Of a stretch of DNA of 37,073 nucleotides, positions 9,435 through 19,032 are shown piece by piece. Origin of the DNA: a virus (Duplodnaviria; Caudoviricetes); the IMG/VR virus record IMGVR_UViG_3300025630_000025, positions 1-37,073 of that record. The stretch is one strand, 5' to 3'. Made by a program: the position numbers and the translations under genes. Positions within the stretch are counted from its first letter, which is position 1. The number at the start of each line of letters is the position of its first letter. The notes under the pieces were generated by a model. The model was given only the letters and a program-made list of their open reading frames with translations. It ran no database searches and was not told where the DNA came from.

Positions 9435-9844
9435 TGGCGATCCAGTTCTCGACAGCCGTGCGCAACGCCATGCTTGACGCGATTGAGACGAGCATAGGCA
9501 CTTCGGCTGTCCTCAAGATCAGGACGGGTGCGGCTCCTGCGAATTGCGGCTCCGCTGACACCGGCACGGTTCTGGCAACCATCAATCTCGCGGCCGATTG
9601 GGCTGCGGCTGCGTCTGGTGGGACAAAGGCATGGTCCTCGTTGCCGGTAAGTGACACGAGCGCGGACAATACCGGCACGGCGGCTCACTTCCGCCTGTAT
9701 GCAAGCGACGGCACGACTTGCGGGAGCCAAGGCACGGTCACGGCTACCGGCGGCGGCGGGGACATCGAAGTAGACAGCACATCATTCACGGCAGGCCAGA
9801 CGTTCCAGATCACAGCCTGGACGTGGACGGCCCCGAACGCATAA
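9434..9844 (+). CDS. Virion structural protein (putative head decoration)
   Basis: TAATG-coupled; A/T/G-rich beta protein with RNAMLDAI...GTAAHFR. Confidence 0.7.
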   Translation: MAIQFSTAVRNAMLDAIETSIGTSAVLKIRTGAAPANCGSADTGTVLATINLAADWAAAASGGTKAWSSLPVSDTSADNTGTAAHFRLYASDGTTCGSQGTVTATGGGGDIEVDSTSFTAGQTFQITAWTWTAPNA

Positions 9845-9853
9845 GGACAGCGC

Positions 9854-10429
9854 ATGTCGATCAATAGCTGGCAAGAAACCATCATCAATGCCGCCGTTGA
9901 CGGCGCGGCACTATCGAACAGTTCGTCTGCCACATCCATCCTTGGCGGCAGCGGCACGGGTGCCTCACAGGCCAAGGTGACCCTACCTGCGAACTACTTC
10001 CAGATTGGCAAGATGCTGCGCATCACGTCCACAGGCCGCATCAGCACGCTTGTGACATCCCCCGGCACGCTGACGCTGGATATACGCTTCGGCGCTGTGA
10101 TTGTCGCGAATGGTGGCGCAATGACGCTATCCACCACAGCCAAGACGAACGTAAGCTGGCACATGCAGTGGCTGCTAACGTGCCGCGCGATTGGTTCCGG
10201 CACGACGGCGAACATGATGCACACAGGCTTCTGGCAGTCTGAAGCGGCAGGTGCCACCACGGTCTCCGGTGAAGCCAAGACGATCCTGCTGCCACAGTCG
10301 GCACCGGCAGTCGGCACCGGCTTCGACAGTACGGCATCGCAGACGGTGGATTTGTTCGCCACATGGTCAGTTGCGAATGCCTCAAACAGCATTCAGACGC
10401 ACCAATACATGATTGAGTCGTTGAACTAA
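9854..10429 (+). CDS. Putative virion structural protein
   Basis: AAGGA RBS; S/T/G-rich beta-sandwich composition. Confidence 0.7.
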   Translation: MSINSWQETIINAAVDGAALSNSSSATSILGGSGTGASQAKVTLPANYFQIGKMLRITSTGRISTLVTSPGTLTLDIRFGAVIVANGGAMTLSTTAKTNVSWHMQWLLTCRAIGSGTTANMMHTGFWQSEAAGATTVSGEAKTILLPQSAPAVGTGFDSTASQTVDLFATWSVANASNSIQTHQYMIESLN

Positions 10430-10938
10430 TGACTTCCGCGCATTCGGCCTTTGTCCCGCTTGCGTACTCGATTTCCACGGGTTCCGTGGCGGCGATCACC
10501 ACGCCCACGTTCGATGCCTGCAGCTACCTCATGGTGCTGGTTCGTATCTCGGGCTACAGCGGCAACGCCATTGCTCAGTTGCAGTTCAACGGCGATACGG
10601 GAACGACTGCTTACGCTTATCGTGTGAGCAATAACAATGCGGCAGCAACGACGGGTGTTTCCGGTGCGGCTGCTGGCATAAAGGTCTCGCAAACGGCAAC
10701 GACAAACCCGCGTGCGCTGATCCAATTCTGGATTGGCAACGTGTCAGGCCGCGCGCATGGTGTGCAGTATCAGTCATCCGATTTGAGCGAGAGTGCCGCG
10801 ACTGCCCCGGACATGGTCGTCGGATCTGCCATCTGGACAAACACTGCGCGGATCACGCGCATTACTCTTGATGGTGGTGGACAAAACTTGTTGACGGGAA
10901 CGGATATCGCCGTATTCGGGCTTCAGGGGTTAGGCTAG
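10429..10938 (+). CDS. Putative virion structural protein
   Basis: Coupled ORF; LQFNGDTG...Y...W.NT.RIT.I pattern seen in fibre-tip domains. Confidence 0.7.
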   Translation: MTSAHSAFVPLAYSISTGSVAAITTPTFDACSYLMVLVRISGYSGNAIAQLQFNGDTGTTAYAYRVSNNNAAATTGVSGAAAGIKVSQTATTNPRALIQFWIGNVSGRAHGVQYQSSDLSESAATAPDMVVGSAIWTNTARITRITLDGGGQNLLTGTDIAVFGLQGLG

Positions 10939-11327
10939 TGCCTGCGCAGTACATCAGGACACCACGAGGGCAAGGTCCCAACCGCATGGGTGTGGGCGTC
11001 CGCACGGTGGACATCCTTCTGCATGACGATCACCCGATGTTTTCGCCAAGGGGCGAGCGCAAGTTCATCAGCCCTAAGTTCAAGGGCTACTTCACCTTGT
11101 CCGGCGTGACGCGCAACAACGTAGGCACTGCGCTGGGCAACTGCACAGTTCGCATATTCACGAATGAGAACAGCCTGGCCGGGGAAACCGTATCTGACGG
11201 GTCAGGCAACTTCTCGTTCACGCTGGGCAACAATGCCGGTGGCTTTTGGCTTGAGGCGTACCTGATAGGCTCGCCGGACGTGGCAGGAACAACCGCGAGG
11301 AACGTGCCAGCAACAGCCGTAGGGTGA
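10938..11327 (+). CDS. Putative structural protein with carboxypeptidase-regulatory/Ig-like domain
   Basis: LSGVTR...V.I...TVSDGSGNFSF pattern. Confidence 0.65.
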   Translation: MPAQYIRTPRGQGPNRMGVGVRTVDILLHDDHPMFSPRGERKFISPKFKGYFTLSGVTRNNVGTALGNCTVRIFTNENSLAGETVSDGSGNFSFTLGNNAGGFWLEAYLIGSPDVAGTTARNVPATAVG

Positions 11328-11331
11328 CAAT

Positions 11332-12135
11332 GTGGTCGATATCTACCTGCGGTCAGTCCCGTCTGATTCCAATTCGGGAGATGTAAGGCTTTACGATCCG
11401 ACTGCAGTCGATGTCATCGGCGGCACGATATCCGGCACCTTTGCCAGGACGCTGGATGCGTTCACACAGTCTGCCACCGGGCAATTGCTCATCAAGGGGA
11501 CGGCATCGGCCACCCTTGGGACATTTACGCAGGTTGCGACGGGCAATGTACTCGTCAAGGGTACGCTATCGCAGACGCTAGGGGCATTCACCCAGAGCGG
11601 CACGGGTGCCTTGACGATCAAGGGCCAGGCGTCACAGACGCTGGGTTCCTTTGCGCAGACATCGACGGGATTGCTTCTCATCCAGGGGCAATTCGGCGTC
11701 ACGCTTGGGGCGTTTACGCAGACTGCCGCAGGTTCCGCACCATCCAGCGGGGTTTCCGGCACGGCTTTTCAGACGCTGGATGCGTTTACGCAGGTTGCAA
11801 CCGGGTCAGTGGATGTCCCTGTCCTGCTGCACTCCCGCAAGCGGCGGGCTCGTCGCAAGTCGCGTCCGCTTGAGTTGGCTGGCTTCTTCGAGACGATTGA
11901 AACGGTGCCGCTTGAGGACGTTTCTGCCCCGGTCGCTGCGCAAGCGCGAGCGGCAGAGAATGCCGCAAGGCAGTACCTGGAAGTCCGTATTGACGATGCC
12001 ATAGCCAAGGCGCTTCTTGAGCGGGCAAAGGCAGAGATTGAAGAGTTTTATGCGTTGCTGCGTGCAGATGAAAAGCGCCGCAGGGACGAGATGGACGAGG
12101 AGGACGAGGAAGACCTCATCCTTCTCATGCACTAG
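11332..12135 (+). CDS. Repeat-containing putative virion protein
   Basis: Six TLxxFxQxxxG repeats at about 21-aa spacing, then basic RKRRARRK and acidic C-terminus DEEDEEDLILLM. Confidence 0.7.
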   Translation: MVDIYLRSVPSDSNSGDVRLYDPTAVDVIGGTISGTFARTLDAFTQSATGQLLIKGTASATLGTFTQVATGNVLVKGTLSQTLGAFTQSGTGALTIKGQASQTLGSFAQTSTGLLLIQGQFGVTLGAFTQTAAGSAPSSGVSGTAFQTLDAFTQVATGSVDVPVLLHSRKRRARRKSRPLELAGFFETIETVPLEDVSAPVAAQARAAENAARQYLEVRIDDAIAKALLERAKAEIEEFYALLRADEKRRRDEMDEEDEEDLILLMH

Positions 12136-12143
12136 GAGATGAC

Positions 12144-12467
12144 ATGAGCTATCGACCACCAACGTCCAACGGGCAGCTTGTGCAGATTCCGGGCTATCCG
12201 GTTGCAACGCAATCCGTTGCCTATACCGGCACCGCTGCGGCAAGTTCTGCTTTCAGCACGACCACGGCAATGGTTCGCATTCGCGCCACGACGGACTGCT
12301 TCATCAAGTTCTCGACGGCAGGAACGGCGGCGACCACGTCCGATGCGTTCCTCCCGGCTTCGGAGACGCAGGACTTTGCAGTCCAGCCAAGCGACAAGGT
12401 GAGCGCGATCCAGTCAGGCGCGAATGGAACGCTGTACATCAGCGAATTCCGGCTGAACGCGAACTAG
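12144..12467 (+). CDS. Small virion protein (head-spike base-like)
   Basis: GGAG RBS; beta-rich; precedes the spike/fibre gene. Confidence 0.65.
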   Translation: MSYRPPTSNGQLVQIPGYPVATQSVAYTGTAAASSAFSTTTAMVRIRATTDCFIKFSTAGTAATTSDAFLPASETQDFAVQPSDKVSAIQSGANGTLYISEFRLNAN

Positions 12468-12470
12468 CCC

Positions 12471-13769
12471 ATGAGGATGCTGAAACTCGGCCTGCCGTAT
12501 CTGGGCGGGGGCGGGGGAGCCGCGTCTTATCACGATGGCATCGGTCTGGATTTCACGACGGGCGTTTATTACACGCGGCCCACTGGCGGCGTTGTCAATC
12601 GTGCTGCACTGACGAGCCTGTTCACGTTCACGGGCGGGAACCAGAGCAAGTACATGGGCGCGGGCGGTTTGCTTGTGTCCTCGTCCACGAACACGCCCAG
12701 GATTGAGTATCAGTCAATCAGTTCTCCAGCCTGTCTCGGCCTCCTCATGGAAGCGAGCAGGACGAACATATGGACACAGTCGGAAGACTTTAGCACGACG
12801 TGGTCGCCATCCAACATCACGGTTGTCACCAATCAGGTTGCGGCACCGGACGGAGCAACCACAGCGGACTTTCTCAAAGAGGCGTCCGGGGTCGGGACGA
12901 AGAATGTATCCAATAACGTCGCCCTTGCAGCCAGCACAACCTACACCCAATCTGTTTTCGCCAAGGCGAAAGAGAGGTCTTGGTTATATATTCAGGCACA
13001 AACGCCTGACGGTGTATTCAGGACCGGCTGGTTCAACCTGTTCACTGGCGTTGTCGGCACGGTATCAAATTGCACGTCAACGATTACATCCTACCCTAAC
13101 GGCTGGTATCGCTGCACGATAACACACACTGGCGGGGCTGGGGCTGGCTCTCCTGTTGCAAGGCTTGGACCTACCGATGCTGACAACGTCACGTCCTACA
13201 CTGGTGACGGAACTTCAGGGCTTTATGTATGGGGCGCGCAGATTGAGGCCGCAGCCTTCGCCTCCTCCTACATCCCCACCACCACAGTAAGCGTAACCCG
13301 CACTGCTGATAATTGTGTTCGCACACTTTCAACTGAATTTAGCGCAACTGTTGGAACCGTTGTTGTTGATGTAGCCGACTTTCAATCTTCTGACGTTTCA
13401 GTAAACAATGCCATTGCGTCATTTGATGACGCGACAGCTAATAACAGGTTCACACTGCAACGGACAAATACAGCGGGCGCGATGCGTCTGAACGTGTTCA
13501 CGGCGGCGGTGAACCAAGCATCAATTGACGGATTTAGCGCAATCTCAACTGCAAGGGCAAAGCTCGCTGCCGCTTGGGCTGTGAATGACTTTGCAATTTC
13601 AGGAAATGGTGGAGCGGTTGCACCGGACAATCTTGGCACCTTGCCAGCAGTCACTCAGTTGAGCCTTGGGGCAAGGCTTACTGCGGAGCAATTGCAAGGC
13701 CACATCCGCACATTCGACTATTACCCGACACGCCTCCCCAACACCTACCTGGTTTCAGCCTCCACTTAA
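12471..13769 (+). CDS. Head spike/fibre protein with carbohydrate-binding-like domains
   Basis: PRIEY...GLLMEASRTN, NGWYRC, WGAQIE...SSYIPT...TRTAD are hallmark motifs of phage head-fibre/lectin-like proteins. Confidence 0.8.
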   Translation: MRMLKLGLPYLGGGGGAASYHDGIGLDFTTGVYYTRPTGGVVNRAALTSLFTFTGGNQSKYMGAGGLLVSSSTNTPRIEYQSISSPACLGLLMEASRTNIWTQSEDFSTTWSPSNITVVTNQVAAPDGATTADFLKEASGVGTKNVSNNVALAASTTYTQSVFAKAKERSWLYIQAQTPDGVFRTGWFNLFTGVVGTVSNCTSTITSYPNGWYRCTITHTGGAGAGSPVARLGPTDADNVTSYTGDGTSGLYVWGAQIEAAAFASSYIPTTTVSVTRTADNCVRTLSTEFSATVGTVVVDVADFQSSDVSVNNAIASFDDATANNRFTLQRTNTAGAMRLNVFTAAVNQASIDGFSAISTARAKLAAAWAVNDFAISGNGGAVAPDNLGTLPAVTQLSLGARLTAEQLQGHIRTFDYYPTRLPNTYLVSAST

Positions 13770-13778
13770 CGAGGAACT

Positions 13779-14768
13779 ATGACCCAACCCAACGCAGTGC
13801 CTGACTTCCTTGCAGCCGATGTGGCTGACATGGAAGCCAATCCCGTCCAGCCCTCGCAGACCGAAGCCCCTGCGCCCACGCCCGCTCCTGAAGCCGAGCA
13901 GGTCGAGAATGTCCCTGCCGAGCAGCAGGCACCTCCCACGCCAGACATTGAAGCCATCGACGGCGAGGACCGTGGACAGTTCATCCGCAAGGCGGCTCTC
14001 TACGAAGAGCGACAGCGCCGCAAGGAAGCAACGGAACGCTCCCGCGAGTGGGAACGGCGCTACACGGAAGACATGCGCAAGGCGCAGGAGCGTCTTGAAA
14101 CGCTCTTCCGCAACGCGCAACAGCAGAACAACCCGCAGCCGCAGGCCCCGCAAATCCCGTCCCTTGAGGAAGACCCCATCGGGCATTTCAAGGCACAGAA
14201 CGAGGAATTGCAGCGCAAGTTGCGCGAGCAGGAAGAGTGGCGCAAGTCGCTCGACCAGCGCAACGAGCAGGCCACTCGCGTCCAGCAGATTTCGCAGGAC
14301 ATCCAGCGACAGGAAGCCGAGTTCGCCGCTGTCAACCCTGACTATTACCAGGCGCATGAGCATCTGCAGAATGCATGGGTTGCCGAAGCCAAGGCGATGG
14401 GCATCCCGGACCAGGACATTCCAGAGGCCATCCGCGCCCGTTCCATTGAGACGGTGCAGATTGCCCAGCGGCTGAACCGCAACCCGGCAGAGGTCGCCTA
14501 TCAGCGTGCACAGGCTCTCGGCTACAAGGGGCCACAAGCGGCACCGGCAGCAAAGGCACCGCAGGCAAAGGGGCCAGACCTCGACCGCATCGCGAAGGGG
14601 CAGGCGGTCGCCAAGTCTCCGTCTGCAGCCGCAGGAACGCCCGCAGCATCCTTGCAGAGCATTGAAGCACTTCTTGCCCTGACGGAGGACGAATTCGCTT
14701 CGCAGTTCGGCTCTTCCGATAACAAGAATTGGGAAAAGCGCATGCGCGCCATCATGGGCGCTCAGTAA
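13779..14768 (+). CDS. Capsid scaffolding protein
   Basis: Acidic/Pro N-terminus, ALYEERQRRK coiled coil, directly upstream of the capsid gene; GAGG RBS. Confidence 0.8.
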   Translation: MTQPNAVPDFLAADVADMEANPVQPSQTEAPAPTPAPEAEQVENVPAEQQAPPTPDIEAIDGEDRGQFIRKAALYEERQRRKEATERSREWERRYTEDMRKAQERLETLFRNAQQQNNPQPQAPQIPSLEEDPIGHFKAQNEELQRKLREQEEWRKSLDQRNEQATRVQQISQDIQRQEAEFAAVNPDYYQAHEHLQNAWVAEAKAMGIPDQDIPEAIRARSIETVQIAQRLNRNPAEVAYQRAQALGYKGPQAAPAAKAPQAKGPDLDRIAKGQAVAKSPSAAAGTPAASLQSIEALLALTEDEFASQFGSSDNKNWEKRMRAIMGAQ

Positions 14769-14937
14769 TTCCCGGCAGAATACGCCTTTCGTCACTCGCG
14801 ACGTTAAACGAGATGTCCCGCGCACATTGAGCCGCGTTCCGTCTGCCCGACGTTAAACAAGGCACCACGTTCCGCACACGTTAGCTGCGCTCAAGACCCC
14901 AAAAAATCACATCAACATTCTGAAAGGAACAGTAGCT

Positions 14938-15338
14938 ATGGCAGCTACCCAATTCCTGACCGGAAATGCTTTGACGGTGAAGGCATGGGCGAAGAAGCTA
15001 TACGTACAGGCGATTTACGACTCGTATGCTTCTCGTTTCATGGGCTCTTCGGCGTCCTCGCTGATCCAGGTCAGAGACGAAGTGCGCAAAGGCCCCGGTG
15101 ACAAAGTCACGGTCGGTCTGCGCATGCAGCTTTCCGGCACCGGCATCGCTGGTGACGATACTCTGGAAGGCAACGAAGAGGCGCTCATCACGTACTCGGA
15201 CGCGGTCCTCGTTGACCAACTCCGACACGCAGTTCGAAGCAAGGGCAAAATGTCCGAGCAGCGCGTTGCGTTCGACGTGATGGCGGAACATCAGTCGGCT
15301 CTGTCTGACTGGTTCGCGGATCGTATTGACTCGGCGTT
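14938..15338 (+). CDS. Major capsid protein exon 1 (N4-gp56-like); join(14938..15338,16138..16825) = 362 aa
   Basis: VKAWAKKL, GDKVTVGL, GDDTLEGNEE, VDQLRHAV, MSEQR. Splicing gives ...DRIDSAF-FNQLSGN in frame. Confidence 0.9.
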
Positions 15339-16137
15339 TAAACTGAATTGACGGACGCCCTGCCGGGTAACTGGCAGATAATAAACTGTGTGAACTGCTG
15401 GAACATCTCTCTGAGACAATCAGCAGCCAAGCCTTGATGAGTTAGGTATAGTTTGGTAGAGTGATAGAATGAAAAACGATCACGCAACCAGACTGTGCAA
15501 GAAGTGCAATTCCATCTTCCCGTTGAACACGTTTCCCAAGTACGGGGGCGACAATGGCGGGAGGCGGCATGAGTGCCACGATTGTTATCGGGCGCGAATG
15601 ACCGAGCATTACGTAGCCAACCGAGAGCATAGGAAACGGGCGGCTCGTATAAATTACGCCAAAAACCCCGCTGCTCATTGGACGCCTGAAAGACGGGCAA
15701 GGGCCAATGAGTTGGCAAGGAAGCGTAATACCGAACTACGCACAAAAGTGTACGCGATGTACGGCGGAGCATGTGTTTGCTGCGGCGATGCAGAGCCACT
15801 CTTTCTGACGTTGGATCACATTGATAACAACGGAAAGATGATGCGTAAGGAAGTGCATGGAAAGGCAAGCCTGAACCTTTACAACTGGGTTGTGAAAAAC
15901 AACTATCCAAAGGTTCTTCAGCTGCTCTGCATGAACTGCAATTTCGGGAAGTCCCGGAATGGCGGAACTTGCCCTCATCATTGAAGGTTCAACGACCATC
16001 CCGCAAGGGAGTAGGGCCAAGCGGCCCGAAGCGCACAGCCCCTCACGTTGAGGGTGATGATATGGTCTACTCTTACTGGCGACAGTAAGCAGCCGAAAGG
16101 CGGACTCCAGGTTAGCGACCTGAAGTCGAATACATGG
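15339..16137 (+). ncRNA. Group I intron (IA-like, 799 nt) in the major capsid gene, HNH ORF in L6
   Basis: P1: exon GGCGTT pairs with GACGCC with terminal U.G. P AACTGCTGGAA 15393-403, Q AATCAGCAG 15418-26, R GTTCAACGACCA 15987-98, S TGATATGGTCT 16058-68. P3 CTGTGTG/CGCACAG. Terminal G 16137. Removal restores the frame. Confidence 0.93.
15469..15984 (+). CDS. Intron-encoded HNH homing endonuclease
   Basis: CKKC/CHDC Zn motifs; CVCCG...LTLDHIDNNG...LLCMNCNFGK; located between Q and R. Confidence 0.88.
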   Translation: MKNDHATRLCKKCNSIFPLNTFPKYGGDNGGRRHECHDCYRARMTEHYVANREHRKRAARINYAKNPAAHWTPERRARANELARKRNTELRTKVYAMYGGACVCCGDAEPLFLTLDHIDNNGKMMRKEVHGKASLNLYNWVVKNNYPKVLQLLCMNCNFGKSRNGGTCPHH

Positions 16138-16825
16138 CTTCAACCAGCTTTCTGGCAACACGGCCCAGACGGACACCCGCTACACGGGTTCCAACTCGAC
16201 CGTGGCACCGTCAACGAATAACCTCATTCGTGTCGGTACGTCGGCAACCACGTCGGACGCTTCGTTGTCCACCGTTGACACCTTCACCATCACGACGCTT
16301 GACCGCGCCGTGGCGAAGGCGAAGACGCTCAACGACAGCGGCCAGCCCATCATTCGTCCGATCCGCTACAAGGGTCAGGACAAGTATGTGGCGTTCCTCC
16401 ACCCGTACCAGGTCTACAGCCTGCGCACGACGGCCACGGCGAACACCGTGACGTGGTGGGAAATCAACCGTTCGGCTCTGTCGGGCGGTCGGGAGGAAGG
16501 TGCTGACAACATCTACCGTGGTTCGGTTGGTGAATACAACAACGTCATCATCCACGAGTCGGCCCGCGTGCCGCTTTGCTGCGATACGACGACGCCTGTT
16601 GCGAACACCCGTCGCGCGATTTTCTGTGGCGCACAGTCGGCCATCATGGCGACCGGGCGCGACAGCGACTCGCCTGACGCCAAGATGTCGCTGAAGACCG
16701 AAGAGTTTGACTACGGAAACCAAGTAGGCGTTTCCGCTGGTCTCATCTGGGGTCTGAAGAAAGCTATCTTCAACAGCAACGACTTCGGCGTCATCACCAT
16801 GCACAGCTATGCTGCGGCACCGTAA
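16138..16825 (+). CDS. Major capsid protein exon 2
   Basis: YVAFLHPYQVYSLR, GEYNNVIIHE, RRAIFCGAQ, EEFDYGN, GLKKAIFNSNDFGVI. Confidence 0.9.
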
Positions 16826-16838
16826 GGAGGGATGAACT

Positions 16839-17300
16839 ATGGCTGATTGGACAATGACCAATTCGCCTGCCCTCACGGGTGGGTTGAATAGCAACGTGGT
16901 GGAAGTGCATGCCGGATCGACGACTGTCCCGTTCGCATGGACGGCTAACGGCACGTCGATTTCGACATCTGCCCTCATCATGCTGGCTCGTATTCCGCAC
17001 GGCGCGGTTATCACGAACCTTCAGGTGGCGGGGTGGAGCCCTGCCGACATCAAGGCGGATCTTGGCCTCACGGGCCAGGATGCGTCCCTGTATGTCGCTG
17101 GCGGCGGCATGTCCTCGACCGGCACGGCGGCATGGACGATCAAGACGGGCGCATTGCCGTCCACTTGCTCGCTCTCTGACGATACGCAGCCGCGTTATCG
17201 CATGCTGACGGCGAAGATCATTTCCGGGTCTTCGTGCGTGACTGCAATCATCCGTGGCTCGATCACGTATGTGGTCGGCACGGGTCGATCTGGACTGTAA
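16839..17300 (+). CDS. Capsid decoration/cement protein
   Basis: AGGAGG RBS; follows the capsid gene; IPHGAVI motif. Confidence 0.7.
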   Translation: MADWTMTNSPALTGGLNSNVVEVHAGSTTVPFAWTANGTSISTSALIMLARIPHGAVITNLQVAGWSPADIKADLGLTGQDASLYVAGGGMSSTGTAAWTIKTGALPSTCSLSDDTQPRYRMLTAKIISGSSCVTAIIRGSITYVVGTGRSGL

Positions 17301-17307
17301 CGACTGC

Positions 17308-17333
17308 GGGGGCGGGCAATCACGCTCGCCCCC
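17308..17333 (+). terminator. Strong hairpin after capsid/decoration genes (weak terminator or stabiliser)
   Basis: GGGGGCGGGC-AATCAC-GCTCGCCCCC, with no clear U tract. Confidence 0.5.
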
Positions 17334-17353
17334 AACTTCAACCACGGTGCCTT

Positions 17354-18766
17354 ATGCAATTCAGGAAGCTGCAAGACGTTCTGGAAGAGGGGATCGAATA
17401 CCACGCCAAGGCAATGGAGGACCTTTCGCTGCTGCGAAGCGAGCGGGTCGAACTCTATCGCAAGGCAGAGTTCTGCTACGACCACGTCTTGAGTTACCAG
17501 CCTGATGCACCGATTACTTTATCCAATCTCGGCGCGCTCTATGCCGAGTTGGGCAAATACGGCATAGCCATTGCGCTCATCACGCGGGCCTATGAGTTGG
17601 ACCCGTCATGGGACAACCTGAATGCCCTTGGCGCTGCCTACAAGCGGGCGCAACACATTGAAAAGGCGCGCGAGATACTGAAGAAGGCTCTGGAAATGGA
17701 GCCGAACAACAAGTTGACGCTTCACAACCTGTCAGGCTGCTACATCAACGAAGGCGAGCCGGAAGAGGCTATGAAGTACGCCCTGAAGGCCCTGGAGCAA
17801 GACCCGGACAATCCAAACTTTGCGCTCAATGCCAGTTTTGCGCAGCTTGAGATGGGTGACTTCGCGAACGGGTGGGACAATTACGACAAGGGCCGCGCCC
17901 TTACGACATGGGCCGCGCGAGATTACGGCAACGACATCGGACGATGGAATGGCGAGCCGGGGCGGAACATCATCGTATACGGGGAGCAAGGTGTCGGGGA
18001 TGAAATCCTCTTCGCCTCATGCATTCCTGACCTTCTGAAGATTTCCAAGTCGGTGATCATCGACTGCCACCCGCGTCTGGTGGACATCATGAAGAGGGCA
18101 TTTCCCCAGTGCGTTGTGCATGGCACGCGCAAGGAGGAGTTCATATCATGGGATCCGAAGGAGTCGGGCGCGGATTGCAAGGTTCCGATTGGTGCCTTGC
18201 CGAAGTTCTTCCGGCGCGACCTCAAGTCATTCCCGAAGGTCGCCAACTACATCAAGGCAGACCCGGAACTGGTGAGGAAGTACAAGAAGCCGGGGCTTCG
18301 CATTGGCCTGTCGTGGGCTGGCGGGACCAAGATGACGAATGTTTCCCACCGCTCCGTCAACCCGGAGGACCTGGGGCCATTGCTGACCGTCCCCGGCATT
18401 GATTGGGTTAGCCTGCAGTACACCGCCAAGGCGGGGGAAGAGGTTGACAAGATGCGCAAGCTGTTCGGCTGCAGCATCGAACACGATGACGCGATGAATG
18501 CGGACCTGAACGAACTGTTCGGCTGCGTTGCGGGCCTTGACCTCATTGTCACCGTCTGCACCAGCGTGGTGCATTTCGCGGGGGCAATGAACAAGAAGGC
18601 CATTGTGATGACGCCCATCAAGTCCGCATGGCGCTACATGGTCAGGCCCATGCCGTGGTATCCGCAGCATGAACTGATTGTGCAGCAAAAGCCGGGTGAG
18701 TGGGGCGATGTCCTGCAGACCATACGCGGCAAGCTGATGGACATGACAAAGGCGAGGGCTGCGTGA
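17354..18766 (+). CDS. TPR-repeat plus GT-B (GT9-like) glycosyltransferase
   Basis: N-terminal TPRs (LSNLGALY, LNALGAAY, LHNLSGCY), then EQGVGDEILF, IGLSWAGG, WVSLQY and LDLIVTVCTSVVHFAGA. Confidence 0.85.
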   Translation: MQFRKLQDVLEEGIEYHAKAMEDLSLLRSERVELYRKAEFCYDHVLSYQPDAPITLSNLGALYAELGKYGIAIALITRAYELDPSWDNLNALGAAYKRAQHIEKAREILKKALEMEPNNKLTLHNLSGCYINEGEPEEAMKYALKALEQDPDNPNFALNASFAQLEMGDFANGWDNYDKGRALTTWAARDYGNDIGRWNGEPGRNIIVYGEQGVGDEILFASCIPDLLKISKSVIIDCHPRLVDIMKRAFPQCVVHGTRKEEFISWDPKESGADCKVPIGALPKFFRRDLKSFPKVANYIKADPELVRKYKKPGLRIGLSWAGGTKMTNVSHRSVNPEDLGPLLTVPGIDWVSLQYTAKAGEEVDKMRKLFGCSIEHDDAMNADLNELFGCVAGLDLIVTVCTSVVHFAGAMNKKAIVMTPIKSAWRYMVRPMPWYPQHELIVQQKPGEWGDVLQTIRGKLMDMTKARAA

Positions 18767-19032
18767 GCGGCAAGAAGCGCCCCCTTAAGTATTTCATAAG
18801 GGGTCGCTCGCTGGAGCCTAAAACGGTTGGCTGGCGCACCATCTGCGAGGTTCACCGCAACATATTGAAAATCGTTGATGACGAAATAAAGCCGAAGGAC
18901 GAGGCCCTGGCTGCGCGTCTCTCTGACCTGGTCGAGGAGTGTTATGATCTCGGCAAGCGCATGGACGCCAAGTTGCGGGAGAATTCGGTCGATTACATGT
19001 CACAGGTCTATATCAAGAACTCAGGCAGGTGA
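18763..19032 (+). CDS. Hypothetical protein (paralog A)
   Basis: GTGA overlap; shares WRTICEV...YDLGKRMD with the next gene. Confidence 0.75.
   Translation: MSGKKRPLKYFIRGRSLEPKTVGWRTICEVHRNILKIVDDEIKPKDEALAARLSDLVEECYDLGKRMDAKLRENSVDYMSQVYIKNSGR

Noticed and set aside
11449-11805. Periodic nucleotide repeats that might suggest CRISPR or a DGR
   Set aside because: They are degenerate in-frame protein repeats; no spacers, cas genes or reverse transcriptase are visible in the window.
13755-14825. Long minus-strand ORFs opposite structural genes (also 16211-17014, 3879-4553 and others)
   Set aside because: Antisense shadows of GC-rich coding sequence with no recognisable motifs.
14938-16825. 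Capsid gene as a pseudogene, two genes or a frameshift
   Set aside because: Fully explained by a group I intron whose removal restores the frame.
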